From a virus (Duplodnaviria > Caudoviricetes), in the IMG/VR virus record IMGVR_UViG_3300023443_001574, positions 1 through 50,393 of that record: a DNA stretch of 50,393 nt, one strand, 5' to 3'. Positions 36,592 through 45,854 of this stretch are shown piece by piece. Position numbers and translations under genes: made by a program. Under the pieces are notes generated by a model. That model was given only the letters and a program-made list of their open reading frames with translations. It did not search any database and was not told the origin of the DNA. Position 1 is the stretch's first letter. Every line of letters begins with the position of its first letter.

Positions 36592-36753
36592 TTGCCTCAT
36601 CCAAGACCTAAAGCCCCATTATCACCAAGAGATTTGAAAGATGACCTGGAGGTCTTTGCTTTCTCTAGACTGGACCATGCTCCATATTCAAGTGACATCA
36701 GCTTGGCATTACGTTCAAAGAAATTGAGAACACAAGGAACGGTTCCGAAATGA
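36592..36753 (+). CDS. Hypothetical protein (53 aa)
   Basis: TTG start; ATGA overlap with the adaptor gene. Confidence 0.45.
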   Translation: MPHPRPKAPLSPRDLKDDLEVFAFSRLDHAPYSSDISLALRSKKLRTQGTVPK

Positions 36754-37163
36754 GTTTACTTAGTAATGATGCTCTGCAGTTTGTAACATTACAGTTCATC
36801 AAATCTCATTTCAAAATCACAGACACCCAAGATGACAATACTCTTCTAGCAATTGTGCAAGCTGGGAATCTTGAAGTCAAGAAACAGATAATCGCAGTGA
36901 GTGATGATTTAAATTCAATTGAAGGTTCTATCTTTTTTCAACCAGCTCAAAACGCTGCACTAGTATATGTTGAAGCAGAGATAAGACGCCAGATAAACCA
37001 ACTTTACACCGAAGCTGAAACAATCATGGCCAGGTTCAATGAGATGATGTTGACGCTAATCAGTGAAATTAGATCACAAGCTCCAGAAAGAACTTCCAGG
37101 AAACTAGCATCCAGGGAGACAGACTTTGAAGATGACTTTTTTGCAGAGAGAAGATTCCCCTAG
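36750..37163 (+). CDS. Head-tail adaptor (gp6/gp15-like)
   Basis: FVTLQFIKSHFKITDTQDDNTL N-terminal signature. Confidence 0.7.
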   Translation: MSLLSNDALQFVTLQFIKSHFKITDTQDDNTLLAIVQAGNLEVKKQIIAVSDDLNSIEGSIFFQPAQNAALVYVEAEIRRQINQLYTEAETIMARFNEMMLTLISEIRSQAPERTSRKLASRETDFEDDFFAERRFP

Positions 37164-37191
37164 ATCGTAGGCTAGGAGATAGACTAAATAG

Positions 37192-37215
37192 ATAAAAATA
37201 TAATTATATTTTTAT
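37192..37215. promoter_or_regulatory. Perfect 24-bp AT palindrome ATAAAAATATAATTATATTTTTAT
   Basis: Read directly; overlaps the HNH start. Confidence 0.55.
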
Positions 37216-37559
37216 TGATAAAAACATATCCACAGTTAAAATATTATTACAAAAACAGAAAAGAAAAGATAACCTATGCCAGTAATCACGGAAAAGAAAC
37301 TAGGCATAAATTGATTCGTCTTTTGAATCCAGAAATCAAATGTGTAAAGTGTGGATTTAATGATATACGAGCTCTTCAATTAGATCATAAAAATGGTCAT
37401 GGATATAACGATAGAAAAATATTCAAATTAAGCGGAACTTCACTTTATCGATTTTATCTAAGTAATCCAGAATTAGCCAAACAAACCCTCCAAGTATTAT
37501 GTGCAAATTGTAATTGGATTAAAAAAAGCGGAAATAAAGAGAATGCTCACGTAAACTAA
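37215..37559 (+). CDS. HNH endonuclease
   Basis: CVKCG...LQLDHKNG...QVLCANCN. Confidence 0.88.
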   Translation: MIKTYPQLKYYYKNRKEKITYASNHGKETRHKLIRLLNPEIKCVKCGFNDIRALQLDHKNGHGYNDRKIFKLSGTSLYRFYLSNPELAKQTLQVLCANCNWIKKSGNKENAHVN

Positions 37560-37590
37560 TTCCTTTTTATCTAAAGTTTAAACTCTAATC

Positions 37591-38391
37591 GTGAAACAAA
37601 AACTCTGGCCAGTAATTGAACTGGAATCATTCCAGGCTAGACTTGAAAGATATCTCAGCGTTAGTGACAAGAGGCCAAACTTCATCAAACGCAATCTCTA
37701 CAATGCACTAAACTGGAATGTTATAGCTGTTTTAGAGTCACCAAAATCTGATGAAGAAATCATTGAGCAAAGTTGGCATTTTACAGATGGCCACATTCAC
37801 ACTGACGATAAATTAGACTTTTTAACAAAATTGAATTTTTACACTAGACCAGATATCTCACTAGGAGAAAAACTAAGGCATCTTCACATGAAAACCGAGT
37901 CCGCAAAGAAGTGGATTGCCGGAATGAACGAAGTGACCAATGATGGAGAGATTGGTTATGCAAATCAAGCAGCAGAAGAAGCTCCTGCAGCAAATGAAGA
38001 CTTTTTCGTAACAGCTCTATCAAATGAGCAATTAGCAAATCCTGCATCACAAAACGCTATTCTTGCAACTGATACATTCATGCAATTTGATAATCCAGGA
38101 GGAGCTGCAATTGCTGGCTCTAACAAGAACTTTGATACTGCATTCCCAAAGAGGAATGATGGAGATGCAGACAATACAGGAGCAGGAGTTGATATCGTAT
38201 CCTTCTTAACATCTTACACAACTGGAGATTTCAATGATGGTGGAACAACCATCAAGAATTTCTCTATCAATGACCAAAACACTCCAATAGCTGCAACCAA
38301 ATTATTAACTCACGGACAAATCACAGCATTCAACAAGACTGCAACTGACACTTTGAAGTTCTTCATCAACCATGAAATGAGGAGAGTCTGA
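37591..38391 (+). CDS. Virion structural protein (tail or baseplate associated)
   Basis: VTNDG...FNKTATDTLKF pattern typical of fibre-base domains. Confidence 0.5.
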   Translation: MKQKLWPVIELESFQARLERYLSVSDKRPNFIKRNLYNALNWNVIAVLESPKSDEEIIEQSWHFTDGHIHTDDKLDFLTKLNFYTRPDISLGEKLRHLHMKTESAKKWIAGMNEVTNDGEIGYANQAAEEAPAANEDFFVTALSNEQLANPASQNAILATDTFMQFDNPGGAAIAGSNKNFDTAFPKRNDGDADNTGAGVDIVSFLTSYTTGDFNDGGTTIKNFSINDQNTPIAATKLLTHGQITAFNKTATDTLKFFINHEMRRV

Positions 38392-38750
38392 TGGCTGAAA
38401 CTACTCGTATCTACAATTACAATTCAGCAACAGATGGCTGGAAAATGTTTCCTGGTGCTGAACTAAAGACTATCAAGATTGACATGAAAAACAGAGGAAT
38501 CAGAGAAGTTGATATCGAATTCACTCATTATTGTAAGGCTGGAAAAACTCTTTGTGGATTAGATGAGCCTGCAGGTTCTTCATTCCGTAATGATGTCAGA
38601 AATCAATGTGATGGATGCAGAGAAGGATTGAGACAACAAACCATCGAAGCATTTGCTCTCCGTGATGCTGGAGATGAATCCAAAAATGTCGTTGACTATA
38701 AAGCTGCAGCAAAGAAAGACAAACCTGAATCATCCAAAGTGAGCCATTAA
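38391..38750 (+). CDS. Hypothetical protein with Cys/His cluster
   Basis: HYC...LCG...CDGC. Confidence 0.6.
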   Translation: MAETTRIYNYNSATDGWKMFPGAELKTIKIDMKNRGIREVDIEFTHYCKAGKTLCGLDEPAGSSFRNDVRNQCDGCREGLRQQTIEAFALRDAGDESKNVVDYKAAAKKDKPESSKVSH

Positions 38751-38953
38751 TGAATAGCCGTAAATTTTTCTCATTTTTAGAGCATACTTTCAATCATAAA
38801 CGAGTCGCTATGCAAAAAATGCAATATGCGGAAACAGCTAATGCTTCGGTAAGTTCGCCAAACTTTGTGGATCCTGCTATCATAGCAGAGAGTGAAGCAA
38901 AGCGTCTGGAGAACGAACCTGTTGTACTTGGGGCATCAAATCTATTTTACTAG
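38750..38953 (+). CDS. Hypothetical protein
   Basis: TAATG overlap. Confidence 0.45.
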   Translation: MNSRKFFSFLEHTFNHKRVAMQKMQYAETANASVSSPNFVDPAIIAESEAKRLENEPVVLGASNLFY

Positions 38954-39001
38954 AATAAAAGAAAAAAATTTTTCTAGAGTGTATATAATAGAGGCCGAAT
39001 A

Positions 39002-39190
39002 ATGGCTTTTCCAATGAAAATTCCATTTCAAAAAGAAATGGATATACACCAAGAACAATTTCCAGATCATGGCAGTTACATCATAACTGGAACTAATAAA
39101 AAAGAAAAATTAAGTGGAGTTTTCTGTAGGAAATGTAAAAAATACATCTCACCGATTAAATTTTTGACAAGCAAAAAGAGAAGGGGGTGA
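39002..39190 (+). CDS. Hypothetical protein (H..H..CRKC)
   Basis: 62-aa ORF. Confidence 0.5.
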   Translation: MAFPMKIPFQKEMDIHQEQFPDHGSYIITGTNKKEKLSGVFCRKCKKYISPIKFLTSKKRRG

Positions 39191-39194
39191 TAGA

Positions 39195-39488
39195 TTGACA
39201 TTACTAGACAATTTTAAACCAGACACAGAAGAAGGATTCCCTGTTCATCAATTCGTCCACGCTGGAATGTTTTGGGCATTAGGTGTATTTAGTAGAGCAG
39301 ACATGATTTCTAAATTCAACTTACAAGCAAGCGATGAACCACAACTGGATGAGTTAGCAGCCTTTTACACTGGACTTCCAAACAATGAGAAATTTTTATT
39401 CATACAAAAAGTTGAAGGTGCACTTGAACTTTATGAAACTGGATTAATGACAGAACAAGAAGTAAAAACACAGTTGGAATTGACATAA
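39195..39488 (+). CDS. Hypothetical protein
   Basis: TTG start with SD GGGGGTGA. Confidence 0.6.
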   Translation: MTLLDNFKPDTEEGFPVHQFVHAGMFWALGVFSRADMISKFNLQASDEPQLDELAAFYTGLPNNEKFLFIQKVEGALELYETGLMTEQEVKTQLELT

Positions 39489-39489
39489 A

Positions 39490-40773
39490 TTGGCTTTTCT
39501 AGTTGAAAAAGGAACGTTCACAAAACGCACAGACGTTGGAACGGATGTAATAAGTCATGGTTTGGGTGAATCCCCAAAGATTCTAATTTTCTGGACAACA
39601 GCACAAACAGCTACAGGATTTGCTGCTCATGTTATTTATTCAATAGGATTTTCAGATGGAACACGACACAAATGTGTTTCAATGGTTTCCGAAGATGCGC
39701 AAGGAACGTCTGATAGTGGTAGAAGATTCAGTGACGTAAAATGTATTCATATCCTAGTCCCTAATGGTGGAGCAGAAGCAGAAGCCGATATATCAGCAGT
39801 TTCATCCACAAATTTCACAGTAAACTGGACTACAAACGGAGGAGGAGCCGATATTATTCACTATCAACTTTTTTCAGGAAGTGACATAACAGTTTCAGAA
39901 GTTGGTCAATTTACAACGAATACTGTAAGTGGAAATCAAACAATATCACACACAAACAGTCCTATTGGTGGTTATGATGTTTACATGTTTTTACTTACAA
40001 GAAGTGGCGGTACGGCTGAAGGAAATGGTGCTGAACTTGGAATAGGGTTTGCAAGTGGTGCAGCAAACGAAGCAGCGCTGACTGTAGTTTCAGAACCTGG
40101 TAGAACAACAACCGCCACTCACAGAATTCAAAGAGATGATAGATGTATAGTTTTACTTGATATAAGTGATGGTGAGATTAGAGCAGAAGCAGAGTTTGTT
40201 TCAAAAACAACATCCGACTTTACTATAAACTGGGTAGATCCATCACCAACTGCTGACGTTATGGCTTTTATGGGAATTAAAGGCGGACTGCATCACGTAA
40301 ATACATTTACACAACCAGCTTCTACTGGAACTCAAGATATTACAGATGCGGGATTTCAACCCAAAGGTTACATGTTAGCTAGTCGTGGTCGTGTTGTTAG
40401 TAGTTCTAGTGATGCAATACATCGATTCATGTTAGGAGCAACTGATGGCATAAACCAAGGAGTTTTATCTAGTAGAGATGAAAATGCTGTAACAACCTCA
40501 AACGCAGACACTCACGAATCTACTGCTGATGTAATGATGTCAATTGCAAACACAGACGTAATACAAGATGAAGCAAATCACGATTCAATGTTACCTGATG
40601 GCTTTCGAATAGATTGGACTGATATTGGAAGCAATGCAGAAGTTGCCTATTGGGCTTTTGGTGATGCGGTACTTGTCAAAGTAACTCCTGAAACATTAGA
40701 CCTAGTTGAAGCAACAACAAAAATCCGAGGTTTGATTAAAATCGCTGAAGGAAAGGAGGCTGTATCTCAATGA
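39490..40773 (+). CDS. Beta-rich virion/adhesin protein with three internal repeats and a C-terminal vestige of the EILDL repeat
   Basis: Three copies of F(T)..(T/S)G.Q/D.I...(G..PK)...F.(V/I).W; ends LVKVTPETLDLVEA. Confidence 0.65.
   Translation: MAFLVEKGTFTKRTDVGTDVISHGLGESPKILIFWTTAQTATGFAAHVIYSIGFSDGTRHKCVSMVSEDAQGTSDSGRRFSDVKCIHILVPNGGAEAEADISAVSSTNFTVNWTTNGGGADIIHYQLFSGSDITVSEVGQFTTNTVSGNQTISHTNSPIGGYDVYMFLLTRSGGTAEGNGAELGIGFASGAANEAALTVVSEPGRTTTATHRIQRDDRCIVLLDISDGEIRAEAEFVSKTTSDFTINWVDPSPTADVMAFMGIKGGLHHVNTFTQPASTGTQDITDAGFQPKGYMLASRGRVVSSSSDAIHRFMLGATDGINQGVLSSRDENAVTTSNADTHESTADVMMSIANTDVIQDEANHDSMLPDGFRIDWTDIGSNAEVAYWAFGDAVLVKVTPETLDLVEATTKIRGLIKIAEGKEAVSQ
40671..40693 (+). repeat. 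23-bp direct repeat, copy 1 (ACTTGTCAAAGTAACTCCTGAAA)
   Basis: Identical to 42270-42292; spacing 1599 bp, same codon phase. Confidence 0.9.
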
Positions 40774-41198
40774 CTATAACTCTAAAAATCATGTATTGGG
40801 AAAACAGCACAACAGTTACAAGAGAAGTTGATGTAACCGACACTGCAAAACTGGATGATCATGTTCAGATTCCAAAGATCAATGTAATCTTTATCATATT
40901 CTCAACATTGGTGGAAGGGATAGCTACCAGAGTCTATGAAAAGGAAGGATTCGATAATTATCAAATCATCTTAGATGGAATACAAAACATCTCTCAAATG
41001 TTTGCATGGGATGATAACGATGGTGGTTGGTTTCGTAATGCTAGTCCACTTGCAGTTGATGGCTACTCAAAATCATTTGTGTGGCCAGGATTATACTCTT
41101 ACAGTAAAGCAAATTATATTTCTTGGATGTTTACTGGTGTTCAATTAACTCCTGCTGAGTGGGCTAGTACAGAAGCAGCAAGGGATGCCTTGAAATGA
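40770..41198 (+). CDS. Hypothetical aromatic-rich protein
   Basis: ATGA overlap and SD AGGAGG. Confidence 0.65.
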   Translation: MTITLKIMYWENSTTVTREVDVTDTAKLDDHVQIPKINVIFIIFSTLVEGIATRVYEKEGFDNYQIILDGIQNISQMFAWDDNDGGWFRNASPLAVDGYSKSFVWPGLYSYSKANYISWMFTGVQLTPAEWASTEAARDALK

Positions 41199-41440
41199 AA
41201 TGTGAAAAATGTGGTGGATCACTCAGAAGAATCGAACAACATTGGGATAAAAAAAATCCCAAACTATTACATCGTCATGCAGTCTGCAATGATTGTGGAG
41301 TAGAGGTCAAATGGACAAAAGAATATCAAGATCCTAAAATGGGCGAAATGATATATTTTCGTACTGTAGCAACCAAAAGCCTTCGTGTTGTACGTGAAAA
41401 AATCAAAATAAAAAAAGAACCTTGTGAGTGTCGTGATTAA
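41195..41440 (+). CDS. Zn-ribbon protein
   Basis: CEKC...CNDC. Confidence 0.6.
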   Translation: MKCEKCGGSLRRIEQHWDKKNPKLLHRHAVCNDCGVEVKWTKEYQDPKMGEMIYFRTVATKSLRVVREKIKIKKEPCECRD

Positions 41441-42145
41441 ATGGTTTTTGAAGATATTAGTAAAGGTCAACAGGTAATACTTGCAACCGAAACAGGTCAG
41501 GATGGAGCTAAAACAGGTAAGACAACCTGTTTAACTGATGATACGAGTGCAACTTCATGTGTTGAAGTAAAGTCAGGACAGGGAATCAGAGCTGAATGGC
41601 CACACGTTCCAGGAGCAATGAGTAGTGTGACATTAAGAATTGGCGTAAACAGTATCATGAATGCTGGAACGTTAAGAGTTGCTCCATATTCAGATTTCGA
41701 TTCAATAAATAACACAAACGGAAAGACAACTGCTTCAATCGATTGTGCTGGAACACCTGCTTCTTGTCCTGGCGATGTTGACGAATCACTTGCTCAAGCA
41801 TTGATTGACGATTGTTTGACAGTAATTTTTACGTTTAGACTGTTTGAAAATGGTAGTGGTGCAAAAATCAAAGTTGGTGAACTAGATGTTGAAGCAACAA
41901 TCACAACAATTACCTTATCGGGAGTTACAAAAGACGATGATGATGTTATCGTTGGTTCAGTTGGTTGTACCACAGTCAGAATGACTGGTTCATTTCCAAA
42001 ACTTGCAACAACAATAGATCGACAAGCAAGTAATGCAACTACAGGAGCATATTCAGTTTCTTATGAAGATGATGGAGAACAATACAGAGTAATTGGAGAG
42101 AAAGGTGCAGAGTCTGATATAACTCCAGAAGTCCAGGGAGTTTAA
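41441..42145 (+). CDS. Putative virion beta-sandwich protein
   Basis: T/G/S-rich with Cys pairs; C-terminal LSGVT...TGAYS pattern. Confidence 0.55.
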   Translation: MVFEDISKGQQVILATETGQDGAKTGKTTCLTDDTSATSCVEVKSGQGIRAEWPHVPGAMSSVTLRIGVNSIMNAGTLRVAPYSDFDSINNTNGKTTASIDCAGTPASCPGDVDESLAQALIDDCLTVIFTFRLFENGSGAKIKVGELDVEATITTITLSGVTKDDDDVIVGSVGCTTVRMTGSFPKLATTIDRQASNATTGAYSVSYEDDGEQYRVIGEKGAESDITPEVQGV

Positions 42146-42150
42146 TCACC

Positions 42151-44397
42151 TTGGCAGTAGCCAAGAACATCTACATTCGAACGAATGCAGAGAGAACAAG
42201 CGGTACAGCAGTCGCTAAAAACATCTACATTCGTACAAATGATGAGAGAATATCTGCAGGAGGGGCAGCACTTGTCAAAGTAACTCCTGAAATTTTAGAT
42301 TTATCTGAAGGGACAGTTGTAATCATAGGGAAAACTAGAGTCACAAATGAGATATTAGACATCCCTGAAGGAAGTCTCGCACATAGAGCAAGAGTATTCC
42401 TCAAGAATGAAATCCTGGATTTAGCAGAAGCTGCAAATCCATTAAGATTCTTTCCTAAAGTTAGTGATGAGACTCTAGATCTATCAGAAGGAACAGTAAT
42501 CACAAGAGTCTTAGTCAGACTAAAATCAGAAATCCTGGACCTAGTTGAAGATGCAATCAGAGTATTAGGAGTAGTCAAAATCAAAAACGAAATCCTGGAT
42601 TTAGTAGAAGGAGCACTCAATGTTTTAGGAATAGTTAGAGAGAAGAGTGAGATACTAGACCTTCCAGAAGCACGTAACTTCATTAGAGGTAGAATCAAAC
42701 TCGCTCCTGAGATACTAGAATTATCTGAAGGCACAATCTTCACACGAGCACTCATTAGACTCAAAACTGAAATCCTTGATTTGGTAGAAAGTGCAAGACC
42801 TTTCATTGGTCTTATAGTCAAAGTCAAGAATGAGATATTAGACCTTGTAGAACAGGCAAACGGACTTTTAACAAAACTGCATGAGACTCTAGACCTAGTA
42901 GAGGGAGCAATTGCAAAAGTTACTGTAGGAGGTATTACTAAAGTATCTAATGAAATCCTTGATTTAGCAGAAGGTAATGTCTTCACGAGGGCCTTAATCA
43001 GATTGAAGGCAGAGATTCTAGATTTATTTGAAGGAGCAGTGAATATCGTTGCAAAGACCCGGGTAAACAACGAAACTTTGGACCTTCCAGAAGGAAGTGT
43101 AGCTCATCGAGCCAGAATCTTCATTGCAAATGAAATTTTAGATCTAGTGGAAGGGGCTCTTGTTGTTCTTGGTATTGCAAAAGAGAAAGGTGAGATTCTA
43201 GATTTGCCTGAAGCAAGAAACTTTGTCCGGGATAGAATCAAAGTAAGTGATGAGACTCTAGATCTTGTTGAAGGAACTGTAATTACTAGAGCATTAATCC
43301 GGTTGAAGGCTGAGATATTGGATTTGGTGGAAGCAACAGTTAGAATCATAGGTTTTCCCAAGATAGCAAATGAAACCTTAGATCTTCCAGAAGGAACAAT
43401 AATCACAAGAGCTCTCATTCGACTGAAAGCTGAGATATTAGATTTAGTAGAAGGAGCTCTTGCAATTCTTGGAATCGTTAAAATTGATAATGAGATTCTT
43501 GATCTTCCAGAAGCCAGAAATTTCACTCGAACTTCAGTGAGATTGAAAGCTGAGATACTAGATCTGTCAGAAGGTAATGTAATCACTCGGGCATTAATCA
43601 GATTGAAAGCAGAAGTTCTTGAACTTGTTGAAGGTTCCGTAATCACAAGAGCTTTAGTAAGACTCAAAGCTGAAATCTTGGATTTGTCTGAAGCAGCAAA
43701 TCCATTGAGAGCATTCAATAAAGTTAATGATGAAATCTTGGATTTGCCTGAAGGTACAGCAAAAGCACTAGGCTCAGTTAGATTAAAGTCAGAAATTCTT
43801 GATTTGGTTGAAGGCGCTATCAAGATATTAGGATTTCCAAAGATTGCAGATGAAATTCTTGATTTAGTTGAAGGCTCTGTAATAACACGAGCATTAGTCA
43901 GACTGAAAGCTGAAATCCTTGATCTGTCAGAAGGAACTGTTATCACTAGAGCTCTTGTTAGATTAAAAACTGAGATATTAGACCTGGTTGAAGATACAGT
44001 CAGAATCATTGGATTCCTAAAGATAGCAAATGAAATCCTGGACCTGGCGGAAGGTGCAATTGCGAAAGTCACTCCTATAGCTGCAGTTATTATCAAAATA
44101 GCAAATGAGATCCTAGACCTATCAGAAGGAACCATATTCACTAGAACTTTAGTCAGATTCAAAACAGAGATTCTAAACATTCCAGAAGTAGCTAATCTAA
44201 CTAGAATCTTAGTCAGAATAACAAATGAAACTCTCGATATCGTAGAACAAACAATACGGAAACTTGCAATCCGAATCAAAATAATCGATGTAACTCTAAA
44301 TATTGATGAAGATGACACTGCAAATCTTGGCACTGATTTAGATATCACTGCAGATCTTAACGTCAATTTAGACGATGACAGCGAACTTTCTCCATAA
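42151..44397 (+). CDS. Repeat protein with 33 tandem ~20-aa units E(I/T)LDLxEG....RAL(I/V)RLKx
   Basis: Repeats counted in the translation; duplicated N-terminal AVAKNIYIRTNxER; acidic C-terminus. Confidence 0.9.
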   Translation: MAVAKNIYIRTNAERTSGTAVAKNIYIRTNDERISAGGAALVKVTPEILDLSEGTVVIIGKTRVTNEILDIPEGSLAHRARVFLKNEILDLAEAANPLRFFPKVSDETLDLSEGTVITRVLVRLKSEILDLVEDAIRVLGVVKIKNEILDLVEGALNVLGIVREKSEILDLPEARNFIRGRIKLAPEILELSEGTIFTRALIRLKTEILDLVESARPFIGLIVKVKNEILDLVEQANGLLTKLHETLDLVEGAIAKVTVGGITKVSNEILDLAEGNVFTRALIRLKAEILDLFEGAVNIVAKTRVNNETLDLPEGSVAHRARIFIANEILDLVEGALVVLGIAKEKGEILDLPEARNFVRDRIKVSDETLDLVEGTVITRALIRLKAEILDLVEATVRIIGFPKIANETLDLPEGTIITRALIRLKAEILDLVEGALAILGIVKIDNEILDLPEARNFTRTSVRLKAEILDLSEGNVITRALIRLKAEVLELVEGSVITRALVRLKAEILDLSEAANPLRAFNKVNDEILDLPEGTAKALGSVRLKSEILDLVEGAIKILGFPKIADEILDLVEGSVITRALVRLKAEILDLSEGTVITRALVRLKTEILDLVEDTVRIIGFLKIANEILDLAEGAIAKVTPIAAVIIKIANEILDLSEGTIFTRTLVRFKTEILNIPEVANLTRILVRITNETLDIVEQTIRKLAIRIKIIDVTLNIDEDDTANLGTDLDITADLNVNLDDDSELSP
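42270..42292 (+). repeat. 23-bp direct repeat, copy 2
   Basis: Identical to 40671-40693. Confidence 0.9.
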
Positions 44398-44433
44398 TAA
44401 TACTAAAAAGAACCAAATTAGTTCATGTGATAG

Positions 44434-44994
44434 ATGGCTACAATATTTGGTAAAGGACATTTGAATGCAACATTTCGAGTTAAGCTAAAAGACATCATGA
44501 GAGGAGCTGATATTGATGTCTCATTAATCGCTGATCAATTCATCATATTTTACAAACCAAATGGAACGAACTTTCAAAAACAGGCCACATTAGACAATGA
44601 TCTGACTAATCCATCACAAGTAATTGCAATCGCCAATATTGTTGGAGATGGAATTGAGGATAAAATCACAGTTACAATTGCAAACACTAACGTACTGAAA
44701 GATGGTGAATTGATGAGTATTAGCGGAACTGTCAATTTTAATGTGACAAATAAGCCCATAACAATTGTAGACGGAACCAAGTTTACCTATCTATTAGGAA
44801 CTGTAGGAAGTACATCAGCAGAAACTGTTGGCAGCGTTACAACCCAGGGAGAAAAACTTGTCACTTATCAAAACACAGATCCTGAAACCTCTATCCTGGA
44901 TCAAATTGGAAAATGGGAATTTGCTGGCAAAGTAGATTTGACTAACAATGATGAGTTTCCCACAAGTGACAGAGCAATCTTTTGGGTGTCCTAG
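44434..44994 (+). CDS. BppU-like tail protein with inserted small beta-barrel
   Basis: FYKPNGT and DQIGKWEF flank an LKDGELMSISG...ITIVDGTKFTY insertion. Confidence 0.5.
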   Translation: MATIFGKGHLNATFRVKLKDIMRGADIDVSLIADQFIIFYKPNGTNFQKQATLDNDLTNPSQVIAIANIVGDGIEDKITVTIANTNVLKDGELMSISGTVNFNVTNKPITIVDGTKFTYLLGTVGSTSAETVGSVTTQGEKLVTYQNTDPETSILDQIGKWEFAGKVDLTNNDEFPTSDRAIFWVS

Positions 44995-45822
44995 TTGGTA
45001 GTAATTGACCACAACAAGAATATTCAAAGAATAGTTAACAAAATTCTAGCAGACAAAACTCTATTTGATTCCGGGAAGACAGAAGGATTGCTCCGGGCCG
45101 TATTCTTTGGAGATCCTGAAAACCAAAAGAAAGAAGCTGCGATTCAGAAACCATATCTCTATATCACTACAAGAAATGCAACTCAAACAACACGATATAA
45201 TTTTGGAGTCATTGATGGAGGCAATGTCAATCAGCAAACAGTGGAATACGAATTAACAATTGTAGCTCAATCAAGTATTCGAACTATAGAATCACAAAAA
45301 CAACTCTATGATATCATTAAAAATTTGAGAACATTGGTAGAGACAGATCCTACATTCTTGAAACCAGTCACATTAGATGACCCTGTTTTTTCAAGGTCCA
45401 TAATCTCTGAAGCTCCATGGGATACAAAGATGAAAGGTAAACTCATCACTTCAGTTACTCTGATTTTACTTGCAACAATAGGAACAGCTTTCACTTTGAC
45501 AGTAACTGGAATTGCAACTCCAATCAAATTATTATCAAAGCCTTCTGCTCCTGAAGGAATCTTTTTTGATGAGAATAAAGAACAATCTGGCAAGCGAGTT
45601 GGGACTGAGCTAGGAGATTTTGGTGCTATATTTGCTGAATATGAGTGCAATGAAACCATAAATGCAGTCTTGCGAACAAAATTTGGCAATGAAGAGTCAG
45701 TAACTCTTTCCTTTGGAACTGATTCCAGGATACTGAACGTTCTTTTTGTGGATATTTCTCCAACTGTGGCTTTTGATGCAATTGAAAGATGTGTATTGCA
45801 TCTTGAAATTCTAAAAACTTAG
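44995..45822 (+). CDS. Putative tail terminator/completion protein
   Basis: KPYLYIT and YELTIV motifs; upstream of the putative tube gene. Confidence 0.5.
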   Translation: MVVIDHNKNIQRIVNKILADKTLFDSGKTEGLLRAVFFGDPENQKKEAAIQKPYLYITTRNATQTTRYNFGVIDGGNVNQQTVEYELTIVAQSSIRTIESQKQLYDIIKNLRTLVETDPTFLKPVTLDDPVFSRSIISEAPWDTKMKGKLITSVTLILLATIGTAFTLTVTGIATPIKLLSKPSAPEGIFFDENKEQSGKRVGTELGDFGAIFAEYECNETINAVLRTKFGNEESVTLSFGTDSRILNVLFVDISPTVAFDAIERCVLHLEILKT

Positions 45823-45854
45823 TTCCTTTTAGTTCTTCAATCATAAATTAGTTC

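Noticed and set aside
42290-44260. CRISPR array or mini-array from the 60-bp periodicity
   Set aside because: Repeats are degenerate at third codon positions and conserved at the protein level; there is no repeat-spacer structure.
42225-44366. Long antisense ORFs 42225..43070 and 43104..44366, and most other minus-strand ORFs in the track
   Set aside because: They are shadows of + strand genes with biased or repetitive codon usage and carry no independent motifs or start signals.
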